Origin: Promethearchaeota archaeon
Lineage (GTDB): Archaea; Asgardarchaeota; Lokiarchaeia; Sigyniarchaeales; SOKP01
NCBI GenBank assembly: GCA_016840085.1
Contig: JAEOTA010000043.1
Span: 1-64,000 of the forward strand
DNA: 64,000 nt
Direction: 5' to 3'
Both the position numbers and the translations under genes were made by a program. Each line of letters begins with the position of its first letter. The stretch's first letter is position 1. Below, piece by piece: positions 30,399-39,113 of this stretch. The notes under the pieces were generated by a model, which saw only the letters and a list, made by a program, of their open reading frames with translations, made no database searches and was not told the DNA's origin.

Positions 30399-31037
30399 CT
30401 ATCTTTGTGGTAATATTTTAAGGAATTTTTTAAAGTCTTTTGGCAATTTTTTATAAAACTTCTTTGTTTCTTCTTCTTTTTCTGTTAGATCTCCTCCTTT
30501 TCGATAAATTTCATGAAACTTATGTTTTGCATATTGCACCATTACAAATTTTTTCCATTTTTCCATTCCCCTTTCTACATATTTGTTCTTTGTAAGCTCA
30601 TCATTTAACTTTTGTATATAATAATCCTTAAAATTTGTCCAACTTGGATCGAGCCTCTTTTTCCATTCCTCTATATCCCTCTCTACTGGAAGATATTCTG
30701 GATATTTTGAAAAGAATTCTATTTGCTCTTTGTGTACCGCCATTTCCAACTCTGCAACCAGTTGATCAAAGTATCGAGATGCAGCATCTAATCTTCCTTT
30801 TGTCTTCTGGTCGTTCTCCCCTCTCTCTTTAGATCTTTTATATTCACCTGCCAAAAACATATTCTTAAGAGGGAAACCAACTATTAGTTTTTCATTCTTA
30901 AGCATAGAACGGAGTTTCTCCAAGGGATTTTTTCTTTCTTCTTCTGTTAAAGAAGTATCATTTAAGATTTGATCTATCTTTTCTAAAATGGTTTTTCCAG
31001 AATAATACCGCAATTCTTTATTATTTTCTTCTGACAT
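30399..31037 (-). CDS. Hypothetical charged helical protein
   Basis: 212-aa ORF with GTGA-type RBS. Confidence 0.6.
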   Translation of the reverse strand: MSEENNKELRYYSGKTILEKIDQILNDTSLTEEERKNPLEKLRSMLKNEKLIVGFPLKNMFLAGEYKRSKERGENDQKTKGRLDAASRYFDQLVAELEMAVHKEQIEFFSKYPEYLPVERDIEEWKKRLDPSWTNFKDYYIQKLNDELTKNKYVERGMEKWKKFVMVQYAKHKFHEIYRKGGDLTEKEEETKKFYKKLPKDFKKFLKILPQR

Positions 31038-31151
31038 TAGGAATCACTTTACTTATGAATTGGAGAATAATTCTAGTCAATTTTAATATTACTTTTGTCT
31101 TTATTTTAAAGTAAGATCTTCATCATTAAAAAATAATCGAATTTTCAAAGT

Positions 31152-31252
31152 AGCGATGGTTCTGACGCGATATGAAATGAGCAACAGAACCGAGCAACCT
31201 GTGAAAATGAGCGGTCGGAAGCAGCAGAAACCACCGAAGGGGTGGTTTCGCA
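31152..31252. other. GC-rich structured non-coding element
   Basis: GGTTCTG/CAGAACC stem; GAAACCACC-GAAGG-GGTGGTTTC 9-bp hairpin; AAATGAGC occurs twice. Confidence 0.6.
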
Positions 31253-31406
31253 AAATTACTTATCACTTAACTAAAACCTATAGCTAATTATTTTTATCTT
31301 TTAATTAATACATAAAAATTTAAATACAAACCTCCTAATAATCCTAAAACAGTGAAAATATTCATAACTTACCATACCTATAAGAATAAATAGATGGATT
31401 GCTAAA

Positions 31407-32117
31407 ATGAAGAAAAAAAATAAGAAGATTGACTTAAAATTTCAAAAAAGAAAATTAATGCTTTTAAATGTTTATCAGTTCATTAAAGATTCTCAGAAAC
31501 TTGTTCCAATTCAGTCACATATCCTATGGATAAAAAGAATCATAAATTTTATTGAAAATGAACTTCCAAATCGTAAAAAATATCAAAAAACAGTTTCATA
31601 CTTAAATAATTTAATTGTCGACGAAGATCAGCTAAAATATAATGAAATTCAAACAAAAATGCATGTTCTTAAAATTCTTGAAGAGTTAGTATATTCCCAG
31701 ATATATGAGTTTTATGATGAGTTTAGTAATAATTTGTATATAGACTTTCATCCCAAAGTAAAAGAACATAGTCTTGACCTATTCAATAATGGTCATTATG
31801 CTCAAGCAATTTTTGAATCAGTAAAAGCATTAGATATTTTTGTACGAAGAAAGGCAAATCTAATGGATGAAACTTCAAGTAATGTTATGACAAAAGCTTT
31901 CAATGAAAATAATCCAATTATCAAATTAAATAATTTAGAAACAATATCGGATATCGATGAACAACGAGGTTTTAGATTCTTATTTATGGGAGCAATGACA
32001 GGTATAAGAAATCCAAAAGCACATGAAATTATAATACAACACGATAGGAATAGAACATTAGAATATTTAGCCTTTATTAGTTTATTATTTCGCAGAGCTG
32101 AAGAAGGGAAAATATAA
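31407..32117 (+). CDS. TIGR02391/Ymh-like protein (HEPN-type RxxxxH motif)
   Basis: AIFESVKAL, EQRGFRFLFMGAMTGIRNPKAH. Confidence 0.8.
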   Translation: MKKKNKKIDLKFQKRKLMLLNVYQFIKDSQKLVPIQSHILWIKRIINFIENELPNRKKYQKTVSYLNNLIVDEDQLKYNEIQTKMHVLKILEELVYSQIYEFYDEFSNNLYIDFHPKVKEHSLDLFNNGHYAQAIFESVKALDIFVRRKANLMDETSSNVMTKAFNENNPIIKLNNLETISDIDEQRGFRFLFMGAMTGIRNPKAHEIIIQHDRNRTLEYLAFISLLFRRAEEGKI

Positions 32118-32125
32118 AACCTTTA

Positions 32126-32371
32126 TTATTTATCATCTTTAACTCCATTCATCTCTTTAATTTCTTCGAGAAACTCCTCAAATTTCCGAAATCCATCTGA
32201 TTTTATCTTAAAAATCTTCACTTTGGAAAACTCATCAATAGAAGAAGACTCTCTCGCAAACTTCTTTTCTACAAAATCGCGAATCGCATTCCTATATTCT
32301 TTCCTTTTGCTCTTTGGAACCCGAACGCTTACAAAATCCGACTCCTCCCCGAATTTCCTCTTCCTGCCCAT
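32126..32371 (-). CDS. Small ribbon-helix-helix/CopG-like DNA-binding protein
   Basis: GRKRKFG...VSVRVPKSKRKEYR. Confidence 0.6.
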   Translation of the reverse strand: MGRKRKFGEESDFVSVRVPKSKRKEYRNAIRDFVEKKFARESSSIDEFSKVKIFKIKSDGFRKFEEFLEEIKEMNGVKDDK

Positions 32372-32475
32372 GAAATTACGTCTCTCAGTAGCAAATCCTT
32401 AAAAAAATCCTATAAAAATATCTCAAGAATCATTCTTTTAAACTGCTCATTTAATCTTAAATTACCCAAAAATAG

Positions 32476-32508
32476 CGTATCACGAAATCTTATTACCGTA
32501 TCACGAAA
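32476..32508. repeat. 12-bp direct repeat with 21-bp period
   Basis: CGTATCACGAAA at 32476 and 32497. Confidence 0.75.
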
Positions 32509-32569
32509 ATTCCTCTGTATCTTTGTAACATTATACGAAAGTGGGCAAATTACCAAAAAATCCCCCACA

Positions 32570-33121
32570 CATCATGTAAAGCATGCGATAAAGAATTTTC
32601 TTATCCCATTATTTGATGCGCTCCCTCATAGGAACGATGTAAAATTATGCACAGTGTCAGAAATTGTAGATAAATTTCCTAAAGGTTTCACTCAAATTCC
32701 ACGAGATTCCAGTTGGTCCACAATGCCTTATGACATAGCAAAAGATGTGCCATTTCCTCTGTGGTTCGATCCTAATAATGAAATACACCTCGAACAACAC
32801 CGATTTTTTATGTATGCCCTTACATTAATCCATCTCTCAGGTAAATATCGAGAAAGTATGGATGATGAGAAAAAAAAAATATTTGACAATGCTAGAAATT
32901 TGTTGGATCGAGGAATTCACAGTTGTCAGCAATGGTGGGCTTCGAAACGCCCCTGGTACAGCCCAGATATGATCCTACGCGGACTTAATGAAGTATTGAT
33001 GGCAAGTGTGAATGCAAAACGCAGTATTCCGGAAAATAATCCAGATATTAGAGATGCTATGGAGCTTATAATGAAAGATATGTTAAAAGCTCAAAATAAA
33101 ATAGTTCTATCATTAATGTGA
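32570..33121 (+). pseudogene. 3' fragment of the GH57 gene
   Basis: Homology to the intact copy starts abruptly at CATCATGTAAA (HHVKHAI); both catalytic motifs are absent. Confidence 0.9.
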
Positions 33122-33191
33122 AAAATAAAATAAAAAAGGAAAAAATAAGTTTTTAAAAAGAATTTTTCTAAACCAATATAGTTTCTCAATT

Positions 33192-35090
33192 TTAGCTTGT
33201 TGCACTTATTGGTAATATATCTAACTCTTTCAATTTTTCTTCAGTAGGTCTTCCTGTTTCCCAATCCCAGCCACGAACACTATAATATTTTTTTAAATTA
33301 TCTTCTAATTCGAGTTTTACGTTTTTTGTTCTTCCTGATGATAAGACTTTCATATTATGATTTGTCAACCTATCATCTTTCCTTGTAATTCCTAAATTAC
33401 AGCTGATTAAACGTTTCACAGTATTTATTCGCGATCCAACTTTCATCAGTGATTTTCTATTATAATTAAATCCAGTAGCAGCATTGATATAACCGATAAT
33501 ATGTTCAAGTTTAGGGGTTGCGAAATTACAATTTACTGCTGAATCATCAATAGCTCTAAGATCTTGAAGATTAACAAGTCCCTTTTCTCGTCCTGTTACA
33601 TCATATCTATTTTTACCCCTTTTAATACGAAGAAGTGGAATATTAACGGTTCCAGATTCCGCCGCATACCAATCACATTTATTATGATTTGCACCAACAC
33701 ATCCAGTCATATAACTTAATGCCTGTCCGGCGAATGCTCGTGGTTCATGCATAGGTATTTCTAATCCTTTTACATGTGCTGCTAATTCAGGATCTACTTC
33801 CAGCTTCTCTGCCATTATTCTCACCCCTTCGGCAAGTATATCCCCAATACCTTCCCTATTAACTATTTTTTCAATAAGTCTACAAACAACCTCTCCGTTT
33901 CCCCACTTAATATCTTGTATTGGAATATCATTTAAAAATTGCTTTATTTTCTCAATCCCAATATTGTTCTCAACCAAATAAATTAGAAAAGCAATTGAGA
34001 CTCCGCAAGAAATAGTATCGATACCAAATTTATTACATAAATGATTGGCAAGAAGTACTGGTTTTGAATCAAAAACACCGCATAAAGTACCTAGTGCAGC
34101 AACAGATTCATATTCTGGTCCATCGCTCTCAATTTCATTCCCATCTATTTCAATAATTGTTGATTTTCCACACTTCAGAGTACAACCTGCACATCCATAA
34201 CTAAACATTGGATATTCTTCTGTTAAAGTTTTTGATGTTAAATTCTCGGCAAAAAATTCTGTTTCTGTAAAGTAATATCCTGGTGTATCACCATTAACCA
34301 TGCCTAAATCGAGATACATGTTAGTACCATATAAAGTAAAAAGTAAATTCCCCAAATTTCCCATCGGATTTGCTTCTCTTTCAAGTTGTGCCTGTTTTCT
34401 TAATTCCTTCCCTACTTCATTATCTGCAAGAATAATCTTTTCTTTTCCGTCTACTATTAATGCTTTCAAATTCTTTGAACCCATAAGAGCCCCTAACCCA
34501 CATCTCCCTACTGCTCTCCCTTCATCATTTATTATAGCACCATATTTAACAAGGATTTCTCCCCCTGGACCAATACAAGCTATTCGAACTTTAGGCTTAT
34601 TTAATTCATCTTTAATTAATTTTTGAGTTTCGTAACAATCTTTACCATGTAATTTTGAAGCATCTTTAAACTCTACGTTTCCATCGTGAATATACACATA
34701 ACTTAATCTATTTGCTTTTCCTAAGAAAACAATAGCATCAAAGCCACTATTTCTTAAAGAGATACAAAACAAACCTCCTGAAGATCCCTCACCCCAAATC
34801 CCAGTTAAAGGTGAGATTCCACTCACGGTATAGCGGCCTGAATTTGGTCGAATGGTGCCTGTTATGGGACCAGTAGCAAAAATTAAAGGATTAATTTCTG
34901 AGTAAGGATTTTCTTTTAATTTAATGTAATCATCTTCTGAGAGCAGATCATACGTTATTTTTGCACTTAATCCAGTCCCTCCTAAATATTCTTGTGCAAT
35001 TTTAGGGCTTAAATCCTTTATTTCAAAACTTTCTCTGCTTAAATCCACAAAGAGGATTTTTCCATTATAGCCGTATAATTTATCATTCAT
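33192..35090 (-). CDS. aor: Tungsten-dependent aldehyde:ferredoxin oxidoreductase family protein
   Basis: SPLTG, GRCGLGALMGSKNLKA, CAGCTLKC, GPEYE and GIDTIS motifs. Confidence 0.93.
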   Translation of the reverse strand: MNDKLYGYNGKILFVDLSRESFEIKDLSPKIAQEYLGGTGLSAKITYDLLSEDDYIKLKENPYSEINPLIFATGPITGTIRPNSGRYTVSGISPLTGIWGEGSSGGLFCISLRNSGFDAIVFLGKANRLSYVYIHDGNVEFKDASKLHGKDCYETQKLIKDELNKPKVRIACIGPGGEILVKYGAIINDEGRAVGRCGLGALMGSKNLKALIVDGKEKIILADNEVGKELRKQAQLEREANPMGNLGNLLFTLYGTNMYLDLGMVNGDTPGYYFTETEFFAENLTSKTLTEEYPMFSYGCAGCTLKCGKSTIIEIDGNEIESDGPEYESVAALGTLCGVFDSKPVLLANHLCNKFGIDTISCGVSIAFLIYLVENNIGIEKIKQFLNDIPIQDIKWGNGEVVCRLIEKIVNREGIGDILAEGVRIMAEKLEVDPELAAHVKGLEIPMHEPRAFAGQALSYMTGCVGANHNKCDWYAAESGTVNIPLLRIKRGKNRYDVTGREKGLVNLQDLRAIDDSAVNCNFATPKLEHIIGYINAATGFNYNRKSLMKVGSRINTVKRLISCNLGITRKDDRLTNHNMKVLSSGRTKNVKLELEDNLKKYYSVRGWDWETGRPTEEKLKELDILPISATS

Positions 35091-35113
35091 TTTTTTAAAT
35101 CACTCCAAATAAT

Positions 35114-36445
35114 TTAAAAATCAATGGTTCTACCATCCCAAGCATATTCAAATATTCTTTTTATAATTTCGCTATCGATATAACGAGCAACCATGAAAGC
35201 TACTGGATCGGTTTCAGCATACTTCACTAGCAGATCTAAATTTTTAAAGTACTCTTTCTCAGTAATAACAGGATTCTTCATTTCTTTTACGCATACTGGA
35301 CCATCTAATGAATGTATGAAATCTTTAATAATTTGAAGAAATTCAATAGATAACTTATTATTGTCTTTATCTTTAGTATCAATTCCAAAAAGTGGACATA
35401 AATCTTTCCACCTTTCTGAAATTTTCATTTGGAAAGCAATACTATACTGAAGAAACATCCCAACACAAAGTCCATGATGAACATTGAGTACTTTCCCTAA
35501 ACTATGGCCTAAGGCATGATCAATTCCAACACGAGAATGAATAAATCCAAGTCCTGCCATCAGTGCTGCTATTTGCATTCGTGATCGTGCTTCTATATCT
35601 TTAGCTCCATATTTATATGCACGAGGTAAATACTTCACTATTTGTTTAATAGCATAGGTATTCATGGCATCGGAAAATGGAGTTCCTATAGTCGATACAT
35701 AAGATCCTACTGCATGAGCTAATGCGTCAAGTCCTGTAGCCATTGTTAAAAAAGGCGGCATATCTTTTACAAAATCAGTAATTAATATTGCAAAATCAGG
35801 AATCAACTCTGGATGAGAGACAGTAAATTTTTTCGGCGGATTAAAACGTGTATCAGTTAACATCGAAGCGAGAGTAGCTTCAGATCCAGTTCCAGATGTT
35901 GTCGGAATAGCAATAAAATATTTAAGTTTTTTGCGTAAACCAAGAGGTTCTAAAGCTGCAACATTAAATAGATCCATTTCAGGTCTCTCGTATCTAACCA
36001 TTAAACCTTTCGTACTGTCAAGTACACTCCCTCCACCAATCGCTATAAATATTTTAGGTTTAAAATCTTCACATATTTTAAATGCTTCATCAATAGTAGC
36101 GAAAGGTCCCTCTGGCTTCACTCCAGCCCATACTTTTGACTCTATATTTATTTTATTTAACATATTACTAATTTGATTACCATATTTTTCAGTAAAATCA
36201 TCTGTTATTATTAAAGCTCTTCTCTCTCCTTCTTCAAGATTACCATTTAAATAATCGATTAGTCGGTTTAATGCTGTCATTCCAAATATAACCTTTGGTG
36301 ATCGAAAAGAAGTCAATATTCCTGAAAGTGCTCTCGCTTTCAACATATTCATTAGATTTCTTAAATTCTCATTAATTTGCTGAGTCGCTGGCTCAGGTAC
36401 TTGTTCAGACGCTTGTTCAGTTTTATTTTCCAAAAAACCACCCAT
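35114..36445 (-). CDS. Iron-containing alcohol dehydrogenase
   Basis: GGGSVLD, IPTTSGTGSE, GLDALAHA, DHALGH and HHG motifs. Confidence 0.93.
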   Translation of the reverse strand: MGGFLENKTEQASEQVPEPATQQINENLRNLMNMLKARALSGILTSFRSPKVIFGMTALNRLIDYLNGNLEEGERRALIITDDFTEKYGNQISNMLNKINIESKVWAGVKPEGPFATIDEAFKICEDFKPKIFIAIGGGSVLDSTKGLMVRYERPEMDLFNVAALEPLGLRKKLKYFIAIPTTSGTGSEATLASMLTDTRFNPPKKFTVSHPELIPDFAILITDFVKDMPPFLTMATGLDALAHAVGSYVSTIGTPFSDAMNTYAIKQIVKYLPRAYKYGAKDIEARSRMQIAALMAGLGFIHSRVGIDHALGHSLGKVLNVHHGLCVGMFLQYSIAFQMKISERWKDLCPLFGIDTKDKDNNKLSIEFLQIIKDFIHSLDGPVCVKEMKNPVITEKEYFKNLDLLVKYAETDPVAFMVARYIDSEIIKRIFEYAWDGRTIDF

Positions 36446-36545
36446 TTATATTTTAATATAATTTTTGATAAAATATTATTAAATAAGTTAAACCTTCTTA
36501 ATAAATCTTAATTCATTTTAAAGCTGATTATTAAATTGATTATGA

Positions 36546-36672
36546 TTGTGAAGACTAAACCTAGTTTTCTTGAAAATAATTAAGACATAATTAATTCTGG
36601 ATTAAAAGATGCGATGGAGCTTATTATGGAAGATATGCAAAAGGCACAGAATAAAATAATCTTATCACTGGA
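36546..36672 (+). pseudogene. Degenerate second copy of the GH57 3' end
   Basis: KDAMELIMEDMQKAQNKIILSL, with an upstream in-frame stop and a short insertion. Confidence 0.8.
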
Positions 36673-36737
36673 ATTAATTGTATTTCTAATTCTAGTATCA
36701 ATAAAATTAAAAAAATAAGATTAAAAATAATCAAGAT

Positions 36738-36937
36738 TTAATCCTTTTTGAAAATATTACCACACCCGCCACACTTCACATTCTTAGCATATACCGGAGT
36801 ACCCTGCTTCAGCAGCATGCTTAAATAGCATTACTTATACTATAGTAAAGTACATTGCTTTTATCGGGCTCCTCATGAAGCTTACGTGGGTTCTCATTGC
36901 CACACTTAGGACATTTAACCCTTTTATACTCAGTCAC
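36738..36937 (-). CDS. 56-aa zinc-ribbon protein interrupted by a putative 29-nt intron (not in ORF track)
   Basis: AGGGG RBS and GTG start; removing 36808-36836 gives MTEYKRVKCPKCGNENPRKLHEEPDKSNVLYYSMQGTPVYAKNVKCGGCGNIFKKD. Confidence 0.8.
36808..36836 (-). other. Candidate bulge-helix-bulge/loop-type mRNA intron
   Basis: UAGU/GCUG 4-bp helix, AU^A and AA^G cut positions, intron hairpin AGUAAUGCU-AUUUA-AGCAUGCU. Confidence 0.7.
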
Positions 36938-36999
36938 TTTATTCCCCTTAACTCTAAAATAAGATTTTTACATATTTAGTGGGTTTTATAAATTTAAAT

Positions 37000-37530
37000 T
37001 TAGGTTTTTACTTGGGTTTTTATTATAATCTCTCTCACAATATCATTTATTTTCTTGTTAGTTGTGTCAATAATAATCTCTGCTGCTGCTTCGTAAGATG
37101 GATTTCGAAAATTTAATACTTTTTCAATTTCTATTTTGGGATCTTGTGTATTAATAACAGGTCTAGACTCTTTTCCATCCATCATTATTCTTTTATATAT
37201 TTCTTCTGGTGTCGATTTTAGAAGGACTATAATAAAATTCTCCTTCAAATTATCAATGTTAATTTTATTTAAAACAACTCCACCCCCACATGAAATAACG
37301 GTTCTTTTTAGCTTAGATGCTTTTATACATGCTAAATTTTCATATTCTCTAAATTTTTGTTCTCCTTCTTCCTTAAAAATTCTTGGAATGGATTTACCCG
37401 TTTCTTTAACTATAATTTCGTCAGTCTCAATAAATTTATAATCATTTCCAAGCTGTTTAACTATTGCTTTTCCAATAGTTGTTTTTCCTGTAGCCATAAA
37501 ACCTATAAGCGCAATAGAATCCTTACTCAT
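37000..37530 (-). CDS. aroK: Shikimate kinase (bacterial AroK type)
   Basis: IGFMATGKTT, GEQKFREYE, SCGGG and RP motifs. Confidence 0.93.
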   Translation of the reverse strand: MSKDSIALIGFMATGKTTIGKAIVKQLGNDYKFIETDEIIVKETGKSIPRIFKEEGEQKFREYENLACIKASKLKRTVISCGGGVVLNKINIDNLKENFIIVLLKSTPEEIYKRIMMDGKESRPVINTQDPKIEIEKVLNFRNPSYEAAAEIIIDTTNKKINDIVREIIIKTQVKT

Positions 37531-37583
37531 TTTAAAATCAATTTTGTAGTAATAGTAATATTTAGGAATAACTTATCCTCTAA

Positions 37584-38162
37584 CTATTCGAATGAAAAGC
37601 CATGAGTTCCTAAAATATCTTTTTTTAATTCGATATAAAAACCAGATAAATATGCAAATGAATTAATTTTTTCAGGATCTAGATTACCATTTTTAATATA
37701 ATATGGATCAGTATGTACAGCAACTGCTTCACCAAAATAACATATATGTGAACCTAGTTCAATTCTTTTTATTACTTTGCATTCCATATTCCATGGAAAC
37801 TCTTTTATCATAGGAACTTTTACTATTGAGGCTTCTTCTTTTGTTAGATTTAATTCATTCCATTTATTAACATCTCTTCCTGAACGTGTACCACAATAAT
37901 CCGTTTCTCTTAATTGTTCTATTGTAGGATAATTAATTACGAATTCTCCATGTTCTTCAATTAATTGATAGGAATGACGTTTAGGCTGTATAGAGATAGC
38001 TATAATAGGCGGGTTTAAGCACACTTTGCCAACATATGCTAAAGTTATTAAATTTGCTTCTTCACCAGTTCCTACTGATATAACTGAGGCGGGCATAGGA
38101 AAAGTGGCAATTTTCGGGCTAAGAGAAATTTTGTTCATTTTTTTTACTTCTCTATTTTTCAA
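37584..38162 (-). CDS. Flavin reductase-like protein
   Basis: GEFVIN, CGTRSGRDVNK, ECKV and GSH motifs. Confidence 0.88.
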   Translation of the reverse strand: MKNREVKKMNKISLSPKIATFPMPASVISVGTGEEANLITLAYVGKVCLNPPIIAISIQPKRHSYQLIEEHGEFVINYPTIEQLRETDYCGTRSGRDVNKWNELNLTKEEASIVKVPMIKEFPWNMECKVIKRIELGSHICYFGEAVAVHTDPYYIKNGNLDPEKINSFAYLSGFYIELKKDILGTHGFSFE

Positions 38163-38243
38163 TAAATTGGTTATATAATTATAAATTGTTTATAATCTTA
38201 AAACATATTATTAATTTTTAATTTAATAAGTTAATTACTAAAG

Positions 38244-39113
38244 ATGTCAGCAATAAATTCTATTACAGGTCCTACACTGATCCTTTGTGTTATTGGACAT
38301 CCAATCGAACATTCTATGAGTCCGATTATGCATAATGCTGCTATAAAAGATTTAAATCTTAACTATATATATGTTTCATTTAATATTCTTCCAAAAAATT
38401 TAAGAAATGCAGTAAAAGGCTTTAAAGCTTTAAATATTAAGGGAATAAATGTCACTCTTCCTTTTAAACAGAGAATTATGAAATATTTAGACGAAATTGA
38501 TCCTTTAGCACAAAAAATTGGGGCAGTTAATACAATAAAAAATGATGACGGCTTTTTGAGAGCAAAGAACACAGATGGAATAGGAGCAAAGATGGCCTTA
38601 TTAGAGGCAGGATACGATTTTTCTAATAAAAACATCTTGATATTAGGAGCTGGGGGAGCTGCAAGAGCGCTTTCATTTATTTTAGCTGAAAATGCGAATA
38701 AAATAGTTATAGTAAATAGAACTGAAAAAAGAGCCTTAAAGTTAGCAACCGAACTAAAAAAGTCTTATGGATTGAATTTCGAAGGAAAGAATTTCAGTAA
38801 TAAAATTTTGGAGGAAGAGATTAAAAAAGCTGATATCTTAATCAATACGATTCCTACTGGTATGTATCCTAAAATAAATGAATCACCTATCTCTTCAGAG
38901 ATTTTACATGAAAGTTTGATAGTTTTTGATGTAATATATAATCCTCTTGAAACTAAATTAATAAAGAATGCAATAGAAAAAGGTTGTAAAACGCTAGGAG
39001 GTTTGGATATGTTAGTAAATCAAGGAGCATTAGCATTTGAATGGTGGACGAATTTAAAACCAAATAGAGGAATTATGAAAAATAAAGTAATTGAATATTT
39101 AGGGTTAAAATGA
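38244..39113 (+). CDS. aroE: Shikimate dehydrogenase
   Basis: HSMSPIMHN, NVTLPFK, GAVNT, NTDG, GAGGAA and MLVNQG motifs. Confidence 0.96.
   Translation: MSAINSITGPTLILCVIGHPIEHSMSPIMHNAAIKDLNLNYIYVSFNILPKNLRNAVKGFKALNIKGINVTLPFKQRIMKYLDEIDPLAQKIGAVNTIKNDDGFLRAKNTDGIGAKMALLEAGYDFSNKNILILGAGGAARALSFILAENANKIVIVNRTEKRALKLATELKKSYGLNFEGKNFSNKILEEEIKKADILINTIPTGMYPKINESPISSEILHESLIVFDVIYNPLETKLIKNAIEKGCKTLGGLDMLVNQGALAFEWWTNLKPNRGIMKNKVIEYLGLK

Noticed and set aside
25890-32540. TTTCGTATAA/TTATACGAAA inverted pair resembling loxP or XerC arms as element ends
   Set aside because: Only 10 bp, no partner arm at either site, no recombinase, and the left copy lies inside the conserved promoter
36808-36836. 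Ribosomal frameshift or selenocysteine readthrough as explanation for the split gene
   Set aside because: The first in-frame stop is TAA, there is no slippery heptamer, and readthrough would not change frame; a plain inactivating insertion cannot be excluded
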